Source of the DNA: Dehalococcoidia bacterium
GTDB taxonomy: Bacteria > Chloroflexota > Dehalococcoidia > Lucifugimonadales > UBA3495
Reading direction: 5' to 3'
DNA length: 64,000 nucleotides
Assembly: GCA_965220625.1 (NCBI GenBank)
Contig: CBDCQN010000002.1
Location: 136,753 to 200,752, forward strand
Positions 19,487 to 30,300 of the stretch are shown here, one piece after another. A program made the position numbers and the translations under genes. Each line of letters starts with the position of its first letter. Position 1 is the stretch's first letter. Under the pieces are notes generated by a model. That model saw only the letters and a program-made list of their open reading frames with translations. It was not told where the DNA came from and did not search any database.

Positions 19487-19625
19487 TGGCTGGGGCGCAC
19501 AGGGGACTGCGAAGCGCCTTTAATTATTGTATCTTTTACGGCCATTTGCTACGATATCCGTACTGCCGGAACAATGGCTGGCCGAGTTGGTTCCCAGACA
19601 TCCAACCCGCCGGGCCGGTGGGCGC

Positions 19626-19703
19626 GGCGAGCGTAGCCAAGAGGTCCAAGGCGCCTGTCTGTGGCACAGGAGATCACGGGTTCGAATCCCGTCGCTCGCC
19701 CCA
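19626..19703 (+). tRNA. tRNA-His (GTG)
   Basis: Hand-folded cloverleaf: encoded G-1, acceptor GCGAGCG/CGCTCGC, anticodon stem CCTGT/ACAGG with loop CTGTGGC (GTG), T arm ACGGG-TTCGAAT-CCCGT, C73, encoded CCA. Confidence 0.9.
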
Positions 19704-19740
19704 AAATACCGGCCGCCGCCATTCCGTCAAGCTTCATGCT

Positions 19741-19816
19741 GCGCCTGTAGCTCAATGGATAGAGCACTGGGCTTCGGACCCAGGGGTTGCGGGTTCGACT
19801 CCTGCCGGGCGCGCCA
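19741..19816 (+). tRNA. tRNA-Arg (TCG)
   Basis: Hand-folded: acceptor GCGCCTG/CGGGCGC, D arm GCTC..GAGC, anticodon stem CTGGG/CCCAG with loop CTTCGGA (TCG), T arm GCGGG-TTCGACT-CCTGC, G73, encoded CCA. Confidence 0.9.
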
Positions 19817-19976
19817 TATCAACTCTTCAGACAAATGACTCTCGCCCCGGTAAACCGGTTGGCTCCAACAGGAGGATAATTCCATGGGTACCTGGCTCCA
19901 AGCCGGGTTATGAAACCTGGTCAGAGTCGGATATCGCCCCCGGCTTCACCCGAACGCTCGTTGAAGGAGTTGCGAC

Positions 19977-21074
19977 ATGGCTGAACGCATACGTCTCGGC
20001 ATAATCGGCGCCAGCCCGACCGTGGGTTGGGCGCACCGTTCCCACCTGCCGGCGGTCGTCGCCAGCCCCGAGTTTGAGTTGACCGCTGTTTGCACGACCC
20101 GGATGGAGACCGCCAACGAATCAGCCCGCCAGTTTGGCGCCCGCCTGGCGTTCGACGATTACCAGAAGATGCTGGCCCACCCGGAGATCGACGCCGTGGC
20201 AGTGGTGCTGCGGGTCCCGGCCCACTACCAGATCACCAAGGACGCTCTCAACGCCGGCAAACACGTCTTCACCGAGTGGCCCTTGGGACGGACGCTGGAA
20301 GAAGCCGAGGAACTGGCCGGTCTGGCCAAGGCCAAGGGCGTGAAAGTCGTGGTTGGCCTTCAGGCGCGGGCGGCCCCGGCCGTGTTGCAAATGAAGCAGT
20401 TGGTCGAGGAAGGCTACGTTGGCGAGATAATGTCCTGCTCCATGCGGCTGATTCGAGGCGGGGTGCTGGAGCGCCCCTCGGGACGGACCTGGCAGCGGGA
20501 CGACGAACTCGGAGCGACTACCCTGACCATCGCCGCTGGACATTCCATCGACGCCCTCCGCTTCGTGGTGGGCGACTTCAGCGAGGTCTCCACAGTGGTC
20601 TCGACACAGTGCGACCAGTGGTTCGAGACGGACACCCAGCAGTACCTGGACGTTACCGCTCCGGACAACATTCTTGTTAGCGGCAAGCTCGCAAACGGCG
20701 CGGTGGTGTCGGCCCACGTGGCCAGCATACCGTGGGCGGGCAGCGGCTACCGGTTGGAGATATACGGGCGGGAGGGCACCCTCGTCGCTACTTCGGAGGA
20801 CTCACCCCAGTTGGGCCCGGTACGGCTGGAGGGCGCCCGGGGCACCGACGAGCTGGAGGAGTTGGCCCTGTCCTCCAATCACACCTTCGTTCTGGAAGGG
20901 ATGCCTCAAGGCGCTCCGTATAACGTAGGACAGCTGTATTACATGTTCGGCGAGGCGATTCGAGGCGAGGGAGAGCGGCACCCCGACTTCGACACAGCGG
21001 TAGACCTGCACCGCTTGGTGGAAGCCATGCGCAACGCCTCCGATACCGGGCGGGCGGTGGCCGTCCCGGCATAG
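19977..21074 (+). CDS. Gfo/Idh/MocA-family oxidoreductase
   Basis: RLGIIGASPTVGWA... Rossmann N-terminus and the EWPL (EKP-like) motif, 365 aa. GAAGGAG SD 7 nt upstream. Confidence 0.9.
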   Translation: MAERIRLGIIGASPTVGWAHRSHLPAVVASPEFELTAVCTTRMETANESARQFGARLAFDDYQKMLAHPEIDAVAVVLRVPAHYQITKDALNAGKHVFTEWPLGRTLEEAEELAGLAKAKGVKVVVGLQARAAPAVLQMKQLVEEGYVGEIMSCSMRLIRGGVLERPSGRTWQRDDELGATTLTIAAGHSIDALRFVVGDFSEVSTVVSTQCDQWFETDTQQYLDVTAPDNILVSGKLANGAVVSAHVASIPWAGSGYRLEIYGREGTLVATSEDSPQLGPVRLEGARGTDELEELALSSNHTFVLEGMPQGAPYNVGQLYYMFGEAIRGEGERHPDFDTAVDLHRLVEAMRNASDTGRAVAVPA

Positions 21075-21100
21075 CGCCACCGGTTAAACAGGAAACGAGT

Positions 21101-22282
21101 CTACTGTCGTTCGGCGATTACCAGGACCTGTACGAACACCTCGTCCGCTACCCGGACCACTGACCTTGCTGTCGGCACCGGGATGTCAATTTGCTCCCAA
21201 GTGAAGGATGTCCGGCCGAGAACGTTCAGGACGTCTCCATCGTTTCTGACCTCGAGCTCGAAGATCATCGAAACGTCCCTGCCGTTGACGGTCAGCGTTC
21301 CGGCTGCCTGCCGTTCGAATTGCTTCCCCTCGGAGAACTCCGGGGGCAGTTCGCCGACGCTCTCTACCGTAAATGTCGCTACCGGATGGTCTGGGAACAT
21401 GCGGCGGCGGATATAGCCGTCCCGGAATTGCTGGTCGCTGACCAATGTGTGCAGGTCGACGCTAATACTTGACGGCTGGCCGTCGACGTTGATTTCTCCG
21501 GAGAGTTCGGTAGTGCGTATCACCACGTCGAATGGCAAAGGCACGTTCCTGAGCTCTTCTTCCACGGTGAAGGTGAGTTGCGAGCCCTCCCCCACCACGT
21601 ACCGGGCGCCGGGTCCCGGTTCGTCTGGGACCGGTTGACTGGTCGGAGTGGCAGCGGGAGGGGATGTCGCGGGCAGGGTCGGCGTCTCCCTTTTGGCTGG
21701 GGCTGAGTCCGCAGGTCGGGTGGCTGCCGGGGTGTTAGCCGGAACGTCAGTGGGTGGCGTGGTGGCAGTCGCGGCCTGGACTGCCACAGTAGGCGCTGGG
21801 GTAGCTGGCGGGGCCGGGGATTCCATCCGCTCCGGCAGGGCCAGGTCTCCGCTTTCGGCATCGCCCTGGGTCACCAGCCCCCCTCCAACGGCCACGGCCG
21901 CAATCAGGCAGGCCGCTGCTGTAAGATTGGCCGCCGCGCCGGAAAGGCGGGTCAGCACGAGAGTCAAGAGGCCGGAAAGGACGAAGACTATCACCGCCAG
22001 TGGAACGGTGAAGACGATCATCCGCTCCAACCAGATGTTCACCACCACTGCGGCGACGATGACCGAGACGAGCACAAGCGCCAACGCCGCGCCGTAATTG
22101 CGAGCGCGGTTGGGGCCGGGGCCGAGGCGGTTCCACAGCAGGCCGGACAATATACCCACAACCAGGGCTGCGGCGGCGACGGTGGCGCTGTTGAAAACAT
22201 TGTCCAAGGGTGAACGCAGGGGCAACGACACCAGCGCCGCCACAATCGCCGCAATCGCTCCGGCCGTTAGACCAGCTATCAT
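21101..22282 (-). CDS. polytopic membrane anchor fused to a Pro/Thr/Ala linker and a C-terminal YceI-like domain
   Basis: Start at MIAGL (GAAGGAG SD 4 nt upstream; the ORF opens at 22339). About five hydrophobic helices. PAPPATPAPTVAVQAATATTPPTD... linker. YceI-like C-terminus (YVVGEGSQLTFTV..., TLTVNGRDVS..., F.V...I). Confidence 0.8.
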   Translation of the reverse strand: MIAGLTAGAIAAIVAALVSLPLRSPLDNVFNSATVAAAALVVGILSGLLWNRLGPGPNRARNYGAALALVLVSVIVAAVVVNIWLERMIVFTVPLAVIVFVLSGLLTLVLTRLSGAAANLTAAACLIAAVAVGGGLVTQGDAESGDLALPERMESPAPPATPAPTVAVQAATATTPPTDVPANTPAATRPADSAPAKRETPTLPATSPPAATPTSQPVPDEPGPGARYVVGEGSQLTFTVEEELRNVPLPFDVVIRTTELSGEINVDGQPSSISVDLHTLVSDQQFRDGYIRRRMFPDHPVATFTVESVGELPPEFSEGKQFERQAAGTLTVNGRDVSMIFELEVRNDGDVLNVLGRTSFTWEQIDIPVPTARSVVRVADEVFVQVLVIAERQ

Positions 22283-22413
22283 GTGACTCCTTCGTTCGGG
22301 ACTGGTCCGGGTTGTATACTGCAGCCGAGTATAAACCACCGGTGCTTTCGGACGTTACGGGGCAATCAACAGCCCTTTATCGCATCTTCGAGAATTCTTG
22401 AGGAGGGCCTCAC

Positions 22414-23307
22414 ATGGCTGACAAGCAGATACTTTGCGCATTCGGCGTGGACTTGGACGCGGTGGGCGGCTGGCTGGGCTCCTACGGCGGCGAGGACTCG
22501 CCCGACGACATCTCCCGGGGGTTGTTCGCCGGCGAGGTGGGCACGCCGCGGTTGTTGAAGTTGTTCCGGCGGCTCGGCATCACCACTACCTGGTTCATTC
22601 CCGGGCACTCGATGGAGACTTTCCCCGACGAGTGCCGGATGATCGTCGACGACGGCCACGAGATCGGGCTACACGGCTATTCTCACGAAAACCCCATATC
22701 GATGTCGCCGGAACAGGAGGAGGCGGTCCTGGACCGCTGCATCGAACTGATAACCCGGGTGGCGGGCAAGCGGCCCACGGGGTACGTGGCGCCTTGGTGG
22801 GAGTTCAGTCACGTGACCAATGAGCTACTGCTCAAGCACGGGATCAAGTACGACCACAGTCTCATGCACCGGGACTTCGAGTGCTACTACGTGAGAGTGG
22901 GCGACCGGTGGACCAAAATCGACTACTCTCAACCGGCGGACGTATGGATGCACGCCTTGGAACGGGGCCGGGAAACCGACTTGGTGGAGATACCCGCCAA
23001 CTGGTACCTCGACGACCTGCCTCCGATGATGTTCATCAAGAAGTCGCCCAACAGCCACGGGTTCACCAATCCCAGGGATATCGAGTCCCTCTGGAGGGAC
23101 CAGTTCGACTACGTTTACCGGGAATACGACGAGGCCGTGTTCCCTATCACCATACATCCCGACGTCAGCGGCCGCCCCCAGGTGCTGCTGATGCTGGAGC
23201 GGCTGGCCGAGTACATCACCTCCCACGACGGCGTGCGCTTCCTGACTTTCAACGAAATCGCCGACGACTTCCTGGCGAAGCACCCAAGGGAGCAAGGCGG
23301 CGGCTGA
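22414..23307 (+). CDS. polysaccharide deacetylase family protein (PuuE-like)
   Basis: [25 protein letters not shown]....G.PR.L.L......[17 protein letters not shown] motif, 297 aa. Confidence 0.85.
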   Translation: MADKQILCAFGVDLDAVGGWLGSYGGEDSPDDISRGLFAGEVGTPRLLKLFRRLGITTTWFIPGHSMETFPDECRMIVDDGHEIGLHGYSHENPISMSPEQEEAVLDRCIELITRVAGKRPTGYVAPWWEFSHVTNELLLKHGIKYDHSLMHRDFECYYVRVGDRWTKIDYSQPADVWMHALERGRETDLVEIPANWYLDDLPPMMFIKKSPNSHGFTNPRDIESLWRDQFDYVYREYDEAVFPITIHPDVSGRPQVLLMLERLAEYITSHDGVRFLTFNEIADDFLAKHPREQGGG

Positions 23308-23320
23308 CACCGCCCGGACA

Positions 23321-25138
23321 CTACAGGGCCAAGGCGTAACAGGCGCGGCGGGGGTCGGCGCCGGTGCTGAGGTAACCGGTATCGGGGTCCCTTACCGATA
23401 CGGTCGCTCCGAGACCGCAGTTGGCCGCCGTGGCTATCTTGTGCCCCAGGCCCCTCAAAGCGTCGGCGGTCGACTCCGGGATGCCCGGTTCAAGGTCCAA
23501 TTGCGCCGGGTGATAGGTATGGGGATAGAAGGAGTTCACGTTGCTCTCGGTGGCGAACCTGGGGGCCTCCACCGCCTGCTGTGGATTCATTCCAAAGACC
23601 ATTACGTTCAACATTAGCTGAACGTTGGCCTGGACCTGGTTGTCGCCGCCGGGGCAGCCCACGGTCATCACTGGCTTTCCGTCGTTGGTCACAATGTAGT
23701 TGACCAGAGTGGTCCGGGGCCGCTTCCCAGGCTCCACCACGTTGGGGTGGCCGTCCTCACAGTTGAACATTTCGATACGGGTGCTCAGGCAGCAACCAAG
23801 CTCCGGGAAGAACACCGATTTGCTGAACGTCCCGCCGCTGATGGTTCCGCAGACCAGGTTGCCTTCGCGGTCCAACACCGACACGTGAGTCGTGCCGTCG
23901 TCGCTTCCCGAGTCGCCCCCGACCGGGGCCGGCGCGGCAGAGGCCGATTCCGGTGTGGCGCCCGCGACGGTCGAGAATTTCCAAGGGTCGCCGGCGGGGG
24001 GTTGGGCGGGATAAGCGCCTTCGGGGTCGATGGACTGGGCCCGTTCCGCAGCGTACTCCTTTGACAGCAGACCATCCATGGGAACGACGGCGTAGTCCGG
24101 GTCGGCGTAGAATGCCTCGCGGTCGCCGAATCCCAGCTTCAGCGCTTCGGTAACGGTGTGGATGTAGGCGGGGCTGTTGTGGCCCATTGATTTAAGGTCG
24201 AAATGCTCCAACATATTCAACGTCTGCATCAGCATCGGACCCTGGGTCCATGAGTCGTGGCCCCAGACCTCGTAGCCGTTGAAGGTGGTAGAGACCGGAG
24301 TCCCAAACTGGCTTCGGTACGAGTCAAGGTCGTCCATGGAGAGAATGCCGCCGACGCTCCGGGCCGAGTCCACAATGAGCCGAGCGATGGGACCCCGGTA
24401 GAAGACGTCCTTGGCTGCCTGCAGGCTTTCGCTCCGAGAGGAGGCGCCGTTTGCGGAGGCGGCGCTCATGGCCTTAAGCGTGTTGGCAAGTCCCGGTTGG
24501 ACCAGCGGCGTTCCCGGCTCAGGTACTTGGCGGTCGTCGTAAAAAACGTCCCAGCCGCCGGGAGGAAAGTTGTCGAATTGCTCCTTCCCCGACTGGAGGT
24601 CCAGCCGCTGCAACATGTACTCGTAGTTGGGAATGCCTTCTTCGGCGTAGCCGATGGCGGGCGCGAGCACGTCCTTCAACTCCATAGTCCCGTACTGGTC
24701 CAGCATGGAGATGAACGCATCGACGATGCCGGGCACCGTGAAGGAGAAGGGCGCCTGCTTTCCGGGCCCTGTTGGAATACTCTCCATGCCCTGTGACCGA
24801 TAGAAGGCGGCGGTGGCCTCACCCGGCGCGACCCCCTGGCCGCTCAAGGACAACAGGTCGCCGCTGTCTGAGTCGTAAAGCATGAAAACGCCTTCAGCGG
24901 CCAAGGAATAGGAGGCGATGGGTTCCACTACGGCAGCGGCGAACCCGGCGGCGACCAAGGCGTCGAAAGCGTTGCCTCCGGCGAGCAATATTCTCATTCC
25001 GGCCATTGAGGTCAGGTAGTGTCCCGAAGAGATGACGCCCTGGGTGGACCGTACCACCGGGCGCCCGGTGGGTGGCAGGACCATGTCGCCTTGTTCGGGG
25101 TTGTAATCGGCCATCTGGCGGACCATTTCATCTCCCAT
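23321..25138 (-). CDS. gamma-glutamyltransferase family protein
   Basis: 605 aa. GGNAFDA, autoprocessing/nucleophile site DGTTHVSVLDREGN, and GSPGG-like GCPGGDNQ. Confidence 0.9.
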   Translation of the reverse strand: MGDEMVRQMADYNPEQGDMVLPPTGRPVVRSTQGVISSGHYLTSMAGMRILLAGGNAFDALVAAGFAAAVVEPIASYSLAAEGVFMLYDSDSGDLLSLSGQGVAPGEATAAFYRSQGMESIPTGPGKQAPFSFTVPGIVDAFISMLDQYGTMELKDVLAPAIGYAEEGIPNYEYMLQRLDLQSGKEQFDNFPPGGWDVFYDDRQVPEPGTPLVQPGLANTLKAMSAASANGASSRSESLQAAKDVFYRGPIARLIVDSARSVGGILSMDDLDSYRSQFGTPVSTTFNGYEVWGHDSWTQGPMLMQTLNMLEHFDLKSMGHNSPAYIHTVTEALKLGFGDREAFYADPDYAVVPMDGLLSKEYAAERAQSIDPEGAYPAQPPAGDPWKFSTVAGATPESASAAPAPVGGDSGSDDGTTHVSVLDREGNLVCGTISGGTFSKSVFFPELGCCLSTRIEMFNCEDGHPNVVEPGKRPRTTLVNYIVTNDGKPVMTVGCPGGDNQVQANVQLMLNVMVFGMNPQQAVEAPRFATESNVNSFYPHTYHPAQLDLEPGIPESTADALRGLGHKIATAANCGLGATVSVRDPDTGYLSTGADPRRACYALAL

Positions 25139-25262
25139 CGCGTACTTGATTTCGTTGCGGCCTATTATAGGCCCAATGGAGCCGCCGTATCCAACCCGCC
25201 GCGATGTGTTGCAGCAATCCCTAGGTTGTATTCCGGTGCCGGGATCCGTCCGGCGGCTGGCG

Positions 25263-26063
25263 TCAAGCGCTTGCGGGGAATGGGACCACGCCCGTACCGT
25301 CGACCAAATGCGGCGGCATGAAGTACTCCCGGGTGTCCGGGCCGCCGAAGCCCTCGATGAAGCAACGGACTACACCCTCGGATTCAAGAGCCGCCCGGAC
25401 GATCTGCTTGTTGAAATTGCTGATCTCCTCGCCCTCCAGGAACTCACCCACGGGCAGCCAAAGACACTCTTGAATTTCGTCGGCCTGCATGGTGATCTCG
25501 CGGCTCAGCGGCCGCAAACGGCCCACGAAGTAGATGTCCGACTTCCCGTAGCGGTAGCCGTGCCAGTGACGGAAGCAGGCCATGGCTTCAAACTCAGCCG
25601 TCACCCCCGTTTCCTCCAAAACCTCACGCTCCACCGCTTCCACCAGGTGTTCGCCGGGTTGGAGTGCCCCGCCGGGCAGCTTGAGGGTCGGGGGACGCCC
25701 GCCGAACCCGTACTTCTCTCTGACCACCAGCAACTCCCGCTCCGGGGTCAGCACCACGCCGCCAATTCCGACGTAGTGGGTGGCGAATGGCGGCAGGTAG
25801 GACCCTTCCACCAACTCGCAGGTCAGCATCAGGTATTCTTCGCCTGTGTGGTGGAAAGTGAAGCCGTTGGAGACCGCCGCCGGTATCAAGGCCGCCCGGT
25901 GAATGGGCACCTCCAACCATACGGCCTTGTACCCTTCCTCGCGCCACTGCGCCAAGGACAAGTCCAGCCGCCGGGCGAACTCGTCGGCATCCGCCGGCAG
26001 TACGCCCGGCGCGGTGACCATGCCGCCGAAGGGGTTGGCTCTAGCCTCCAGTACCTGCGTCAT
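25263..26063 (-). CDS. Nudix hydrolase with an N-terminal accessory domain
   Basis: Nudix box GGALQPGEHLVEAVEREVLEETG. Start taken at MTQVLEA. The ORF opens at 26141. Confidence 0.85.
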   Translation of the reverse strand: MTQVLEARANPFGGMVTAPGVLPADADEFARRLDLSLAQWREEGYKAVWLEVPIHRAALIPAAVSNGFTFHHTGEEYLMLTCELVEGSYLPPFATHYVGIGGVVLTPERELLVVREKYGFGGRPPTLKLPGGALQPGEHLVEAVEREVLEETGVTAEFEAMACFRHWHGYRYGKSDIYFVGRLRPLSREITMQADEIQECLWLPVGEFLEGEEISNFNKQIVRAALESEGVVRCFIEGFGGPDTREYFMPPHLVDGTGVVPFPASA

Positions 26064-26339
26064 AGGGCCTCGCAATCCGGGAGATTGGGCGGGCCCGCGG
26101 CCCGCCGCGCCAATGCTACGGGGCATTTGCGCTATCGTCAAATAGCGAAGCGGGACCGGGGGTCAGGCTTTTCCGAACGATTGGCAGGCAACGGCTTTTT
26201 CCATACGTTCGGTTCGCGCTTCGCGGGTTCTACGCCGGTGTGGGCCAGGGTTTTGGTCGAGGCGGATAAAGCGGGTGTGGCCTGCCGGACCGTTGGGCAG
26301 CCCGGTCAGGGGCGGATGAGGCGGATGTCTCCGAAGGCG

Positions 26340-27095
26340 TTACCGGTCCAGCAACCGGCGCATCTGTTCGCGCAACTCCCTGGCTTCTGCCTCGGCGGCG
26401 TCAGCCCGAGCTTCGGCAGTTTGGCGGGAGTCGAGGACTTCTTGGTAGGTAGGCAGCCGCACCCCCGTCGCGGGGTCATAGAAGCACAGCCATCCTTCAC
26501 TCCCTCGCAGTTCCCAAGAGAGGAGCAGGTCCAGCATCGGGCTGTAGCCCCGAATCGCCCCGCTGTCTTCATGGCGGATTTCAAACCGCTGGTAGCGGCC
26601 GTTCACCAGTTGTTCGCCGATCAATGGCTCGCCGTAATAATCGCCGCCGGTCCCGTCAAACCGCCAGTACTCGCCGATCCCCAACCGTTGATACAGTTCG
26701 CGCTTCCGCCCTCCGTCGTTTTCCGCAGTGGTTTCCGAGGCTACTTCCAAGGCGAAGTCGGGCATCTTACCCGCTTCCCAAGGCAGATACAGCCGCCGCG
26801 CCCGAATGGCGGCGGCGTCCACGCCAAAGGCCAGGTAGCAATCAGGGCCCACCCGGATGTTCAGGTTGCTGCGGTCGTAGCAGATGAAGGTATTGCTGCT
26901 GAGAAAAACATTCCCGTGGAGGTTCGAGGCGTTGAACCGGGCAGACAGCAGGTACATTGTTTCCAGAAGGACGGTCTCTTGGTACATTGCGTCAGGCAGC
27001 GGCTCCTTCTCGTCCGGGTTGAAACAGAGGCCGCTATAAATATCGCCCTCCTCCCGGTTGTAGGGAATCATGCCGTACCGGAGCCTGGTGGTCAT
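26340..27095 (-). CDS. Uma2-family (DUF820) endonuclease
   Basis: PDCYLAFGV...MPDFALEVASE.T...D...K...Y...GI.EYW.FD core of Uma2/PD-(D/E)xK proteins, plus a coiled C-terminal tail. Start at MTTRLRYG. The longer ORF would collide with lhr. Confidence 0.85.
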   Translation of the reverse strand: MTTRLRYGMIPYNREEGDIYSGLCFNPDEKEPLPDAMYQETVLLETMYLLSARFNASNLHGNVFLSSNTFICYDRSNLNIRVGPDCYLAFGVDAAAIRARRLYLPWEAGKMPDFALEVASETTAENDGGRKRELYQRLGIGEYWRFDGTGGDYYGEPLIGEQLVNGRYQRFEIRHEDSGAIRGYSPMLDLLLSWELRGSEGWLCFYDPATGVRLPTYQEVLDSRQTAEARADAAEAEARELREQMRRLLDR

Positions 27096-27304
27096 GGCGG
27101 TCTCTCCCCAACGCAGCCACGGGCCGACTTTCCGGTGATCTGCCTTGTCGTAGCGCGTCAAGATATTAACACACGTTGAGAACGCCCTTCCAATCCGGGC
27201 GTTCATCCTGGTTCCGCCTCGTTCAGAGACAACCGCGCCTTGCGTCAACCGTCCGCGACAGGGAAAATACAGCCAATCATTCCGGCCGCCCCGGCAGGTA
27301 TAAC

Positions 27305-30300
27305 ATGCCAACTTCCCAATTCCATCCTGTCATCCGCCAGTGGTTTGAGGAGCGGTTCGGGCAGCCGACCGAGGCCCAAGCCCAAGGCTGGCCGGCTGTC
27401 GCCCAAGCACGTCACACACTGATCGCGGCCCCCACCGGCTCCGGCAAGACGTTGGCGGCGTTTCTGACCTGTATCGACGGGCTGGTAAGGCAGGGCCTGG
27501 ATGGGGAACTTCCCGACACCACTCAAGTCGTCTACGTTTCCCCCCTCAAAGCCCTCTCCAACGACATCAAAAAGAACCTGGAGACGCCCCTCCGGGAGAT
27601 ATCCCAACTGGCCGCCGGAAAAGGGACTCCCCTGCCGGAAATACGGGCCGCCGTCCGCACCGGCGACACCCCGGCGTCGGAACGCCAGAAAATGGCGAAG
27701 AAGCCGCCCCACATCCTCATCACCACCCCCGAGTCCCTGTACATCCTGCTTACCTCCCGCAGCGGCCGTTCGGGTTTGTCCGGGGTCCGCACCCTCATCT
27801 TGGACGAGATTCACGCCGTGGCCGACGACAAGCGAGGCGCTCATCTGGCGCTGTCGGTGGAACGTCTCTGCGCATTGGCGGAACAACCGGTCGTCCGCAT
27901 CGGGCTGTCGGCGACCCAACGCCCCATCGACGAAGTGGGGCGGTTCTTGGTGGGAAACGACCACATTGGGGCCGATGGCACTCCCGACTGTCTGATTGTC
28001 GACACCGGCCACGCCCGGGAGATCGACCTGGCCATCCAACTGCCCGAACGGGAACTGGGCCCCATCGCCAGCCACGAGACCTGGGGCGAGGCCCTTGACT
28101 GGGTGGCCAACCTGGTCCAGTCCCACGAGACAACCCTGGTCTTCGTCAACACCCGGAGGTTGGTGGAGCGGGTGGCCCACCAGTTGTCCGACCGTTTGGG
28201 GGAGGACGCGGTCGTAGCCCATCACGGGAGCCTCTCCCGGGCCATTCGGCTGACGGCCGAGGAAAAGTTGAAGACGGGCCAAGTACGGGTATGCGTGGCC
28301 ACGGCGTCGTTGGAATTGGGTATCGACATCGGTGTGGTCGACTTGGTCTGCCAGATCGGGTCTCCCAGGTCCATCGGAGTCCTGTTGCAACGGGTAGGGC
28401 GCTCCGGCCACACGGTGGGCGGCACGCCCAAGGGGCGGCTGTTCCCGCTGACCCGCGACGAATTGGCCGAGTGCGTGGCCCTCTGCCGGGCCGTTCGCCG
28501 GGGCAATCTGGATACCCTGGCCGTCCCGCCTTGGCCGCTGGACGTACTTTCCCAACAGATGGTGGCAGCCTGCGCCCAAGAGGAATGGACCGAAGACGAC
28601 CTATATCTGCTTAGCACGCGAGCCTACCCCTATCGAGACCTGCCTCGGGAGAAGTTCGACCAAGTGGTGCACATTCAGTCCGATGGGATAGCTTCGCGGC
28701 AGGGCCGTCGCACCGGATTCCTCCACCGCGACGGGGTCAATCATCGGGTGAAGGGAAGGCGGGGCGCTCCGCTGGCCGCCATGACCAGCGGAGGGGCCAT
28801 ACCGGACAACGCGGATTACGACGTCATAGCCGAGCCCGACGATACTTTCGTGGGGACCGTCAACGAGGACTTCGCCATCGAAAGCCTCAAGGGCGATGTG
28901 TTCCTGTTGGGGAATACTGCTTGGAAGATTCGAAGGGTGGAATATGGGCGGGTACGCGTGGAAGACGCCCAAGGCCAACCCCCGACGATACCGTTCTGGC
29001 TGGGGGAGGCCCCAGGCCGCACCTGGGAATTGTCGGACGAGGTCTCGGAGTTGCGCGAGGCCATCGACCAACGGCTGGCCGAGCCGGCGACGGCGCAGAA
29101 TTGGGTAGTGTCGGAGGCTGGGGTGAACGAGGAAGCCAGCCGCCAGTTGGTCGCCTACCTGGCGGAGGGCAAGCGTGTGCTCGGTCTGGTCCCCACCAAA
29201 CGCAGGGTCGTAGCCGAGCGCTTCTTCGACGAAAGCGGCGGTATGCAACTGGTCATCCACGCACCGCTGGGATCACGCATCAACCGTGCCTGGGGCCTGG
29301 CGCTGCGGAAGAGGATTTGCCGCTCCTTCGATTTCGAGCTTCAGGCGTCGGCGACCGACGACGGCCTCAACTTCTCTCTCTCGCCGGGGGTGTCCATACC
29401 CGTGGAAGAGGTGTTCGGCTACCTCACCCCCGGCACTGTCGAAGATGTCCTGACCCAAGCCATCCTCCAATCGCCGGTGTTCGGCACCCGGTGGCGGTGG
29501 AATGCCACCCGGGCCCTCGCAATCCTCCGCTTTAGCGGCGGCCGGAAGGTGCCTCCTCCTTTGCAGCGCATGTGGTCCGATGACCTGCTGGCGGCGGTTT
29601 TTCCGGCCCAAGTGGCCTGCCAGGACAACAACACCGCCGGTGACGTCGAAATTCCCGACCACCCGCTGGTCTTCGAGACCGTACGGGACTGCCTGACCGA
29701 AGCCATGGACCTGGATGGCTGCCGGGAGGTATTGGCAGGAATTCAGAGAGGAGAGATCGAGGTCTTCGGCCGCGACACCGTTCAGCCGTCCGCGTTCTCC
29801 CACCAGATTTTGAACGCCATGCCCTATGCTTTTTTGGACGACGCGCCGTTGGAGGAGCGCCGGGCCCGCGCGGTCTCACTGCGCCGCGCCTTGCCCGACG
29901 ACGCCCGGGACCTGGCCCGCCTGGACCCGGCCGCCATCCTCCGGGAAACGGCAAACGCTTGGCCCAGGATCAGGGACGCCGACGAATTGCACGATGCCTT
30001 GTTAACCCTCGGCCTGCTCGCCCTCGGTGCGCCCCTCGTCAACCGGAGCGGCCCGGACGCCGGGCAAGTTGAATCGTGGCTTCATGAGCTGTCTGCGACA
30101 GGACGCGCCTACCGCCTGCTTTTGACGGGGCACATGGAGGCTTGGGCCGCAGCGGAACGTTTGCCGTTGGTCAGGGCCGCCTTTGCGGAGGTCGACTTCG
30201 GCTCAGCGGTCGGGGAGGCGGACGGACCCTCCCAAATTACCCGCGACGACGCGGTGCTCGCCTTGGTCCAGGGTTGGACCGAATGCACCGGTCCCTTTAC

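Noticed and set aside
19541-19625. GGCCGAGTTGGTT-like D-loop sequence upstream of tRNA-His as a third (class II) tRNA
   Set aside because: I could not build an acceptor stem, anticodon arm or T arm around it.
19884-19913. 9-codon ORF (MGTWLQAGL) with a perfect AGGAGG ribosome-binding site between tRNA-Arg and the Gfo/Idh/MocA gene
   Set aside because: It is too short to evaluate and has no obvious attenuator structure or amino-acid bias. It is noted only as a possible leader peptide.
19480-20004. 174-aa and 103-aa ORFs covering 19480-20004
   Set aside because: They run straight through the two hand-folded tRNA genes (His, Arg), so they are non-coding read-through frames.
25146-27179. 677-aa ORF on the plus strand, the second longest in the track
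   Set aside because: It runs antisense to the well-supported Nudix and Uma2 genes and is Arg/Pro/Gly-rich with no motif. This is the typical shadow ORF of GC-rich DNA. The same reasoning applies to 27245..28579, 33847..35445, 16800..17948, 10179..11315, 41240..42427, 45718..46674, 60173..61132, 37168..38178 and 7851..8636.
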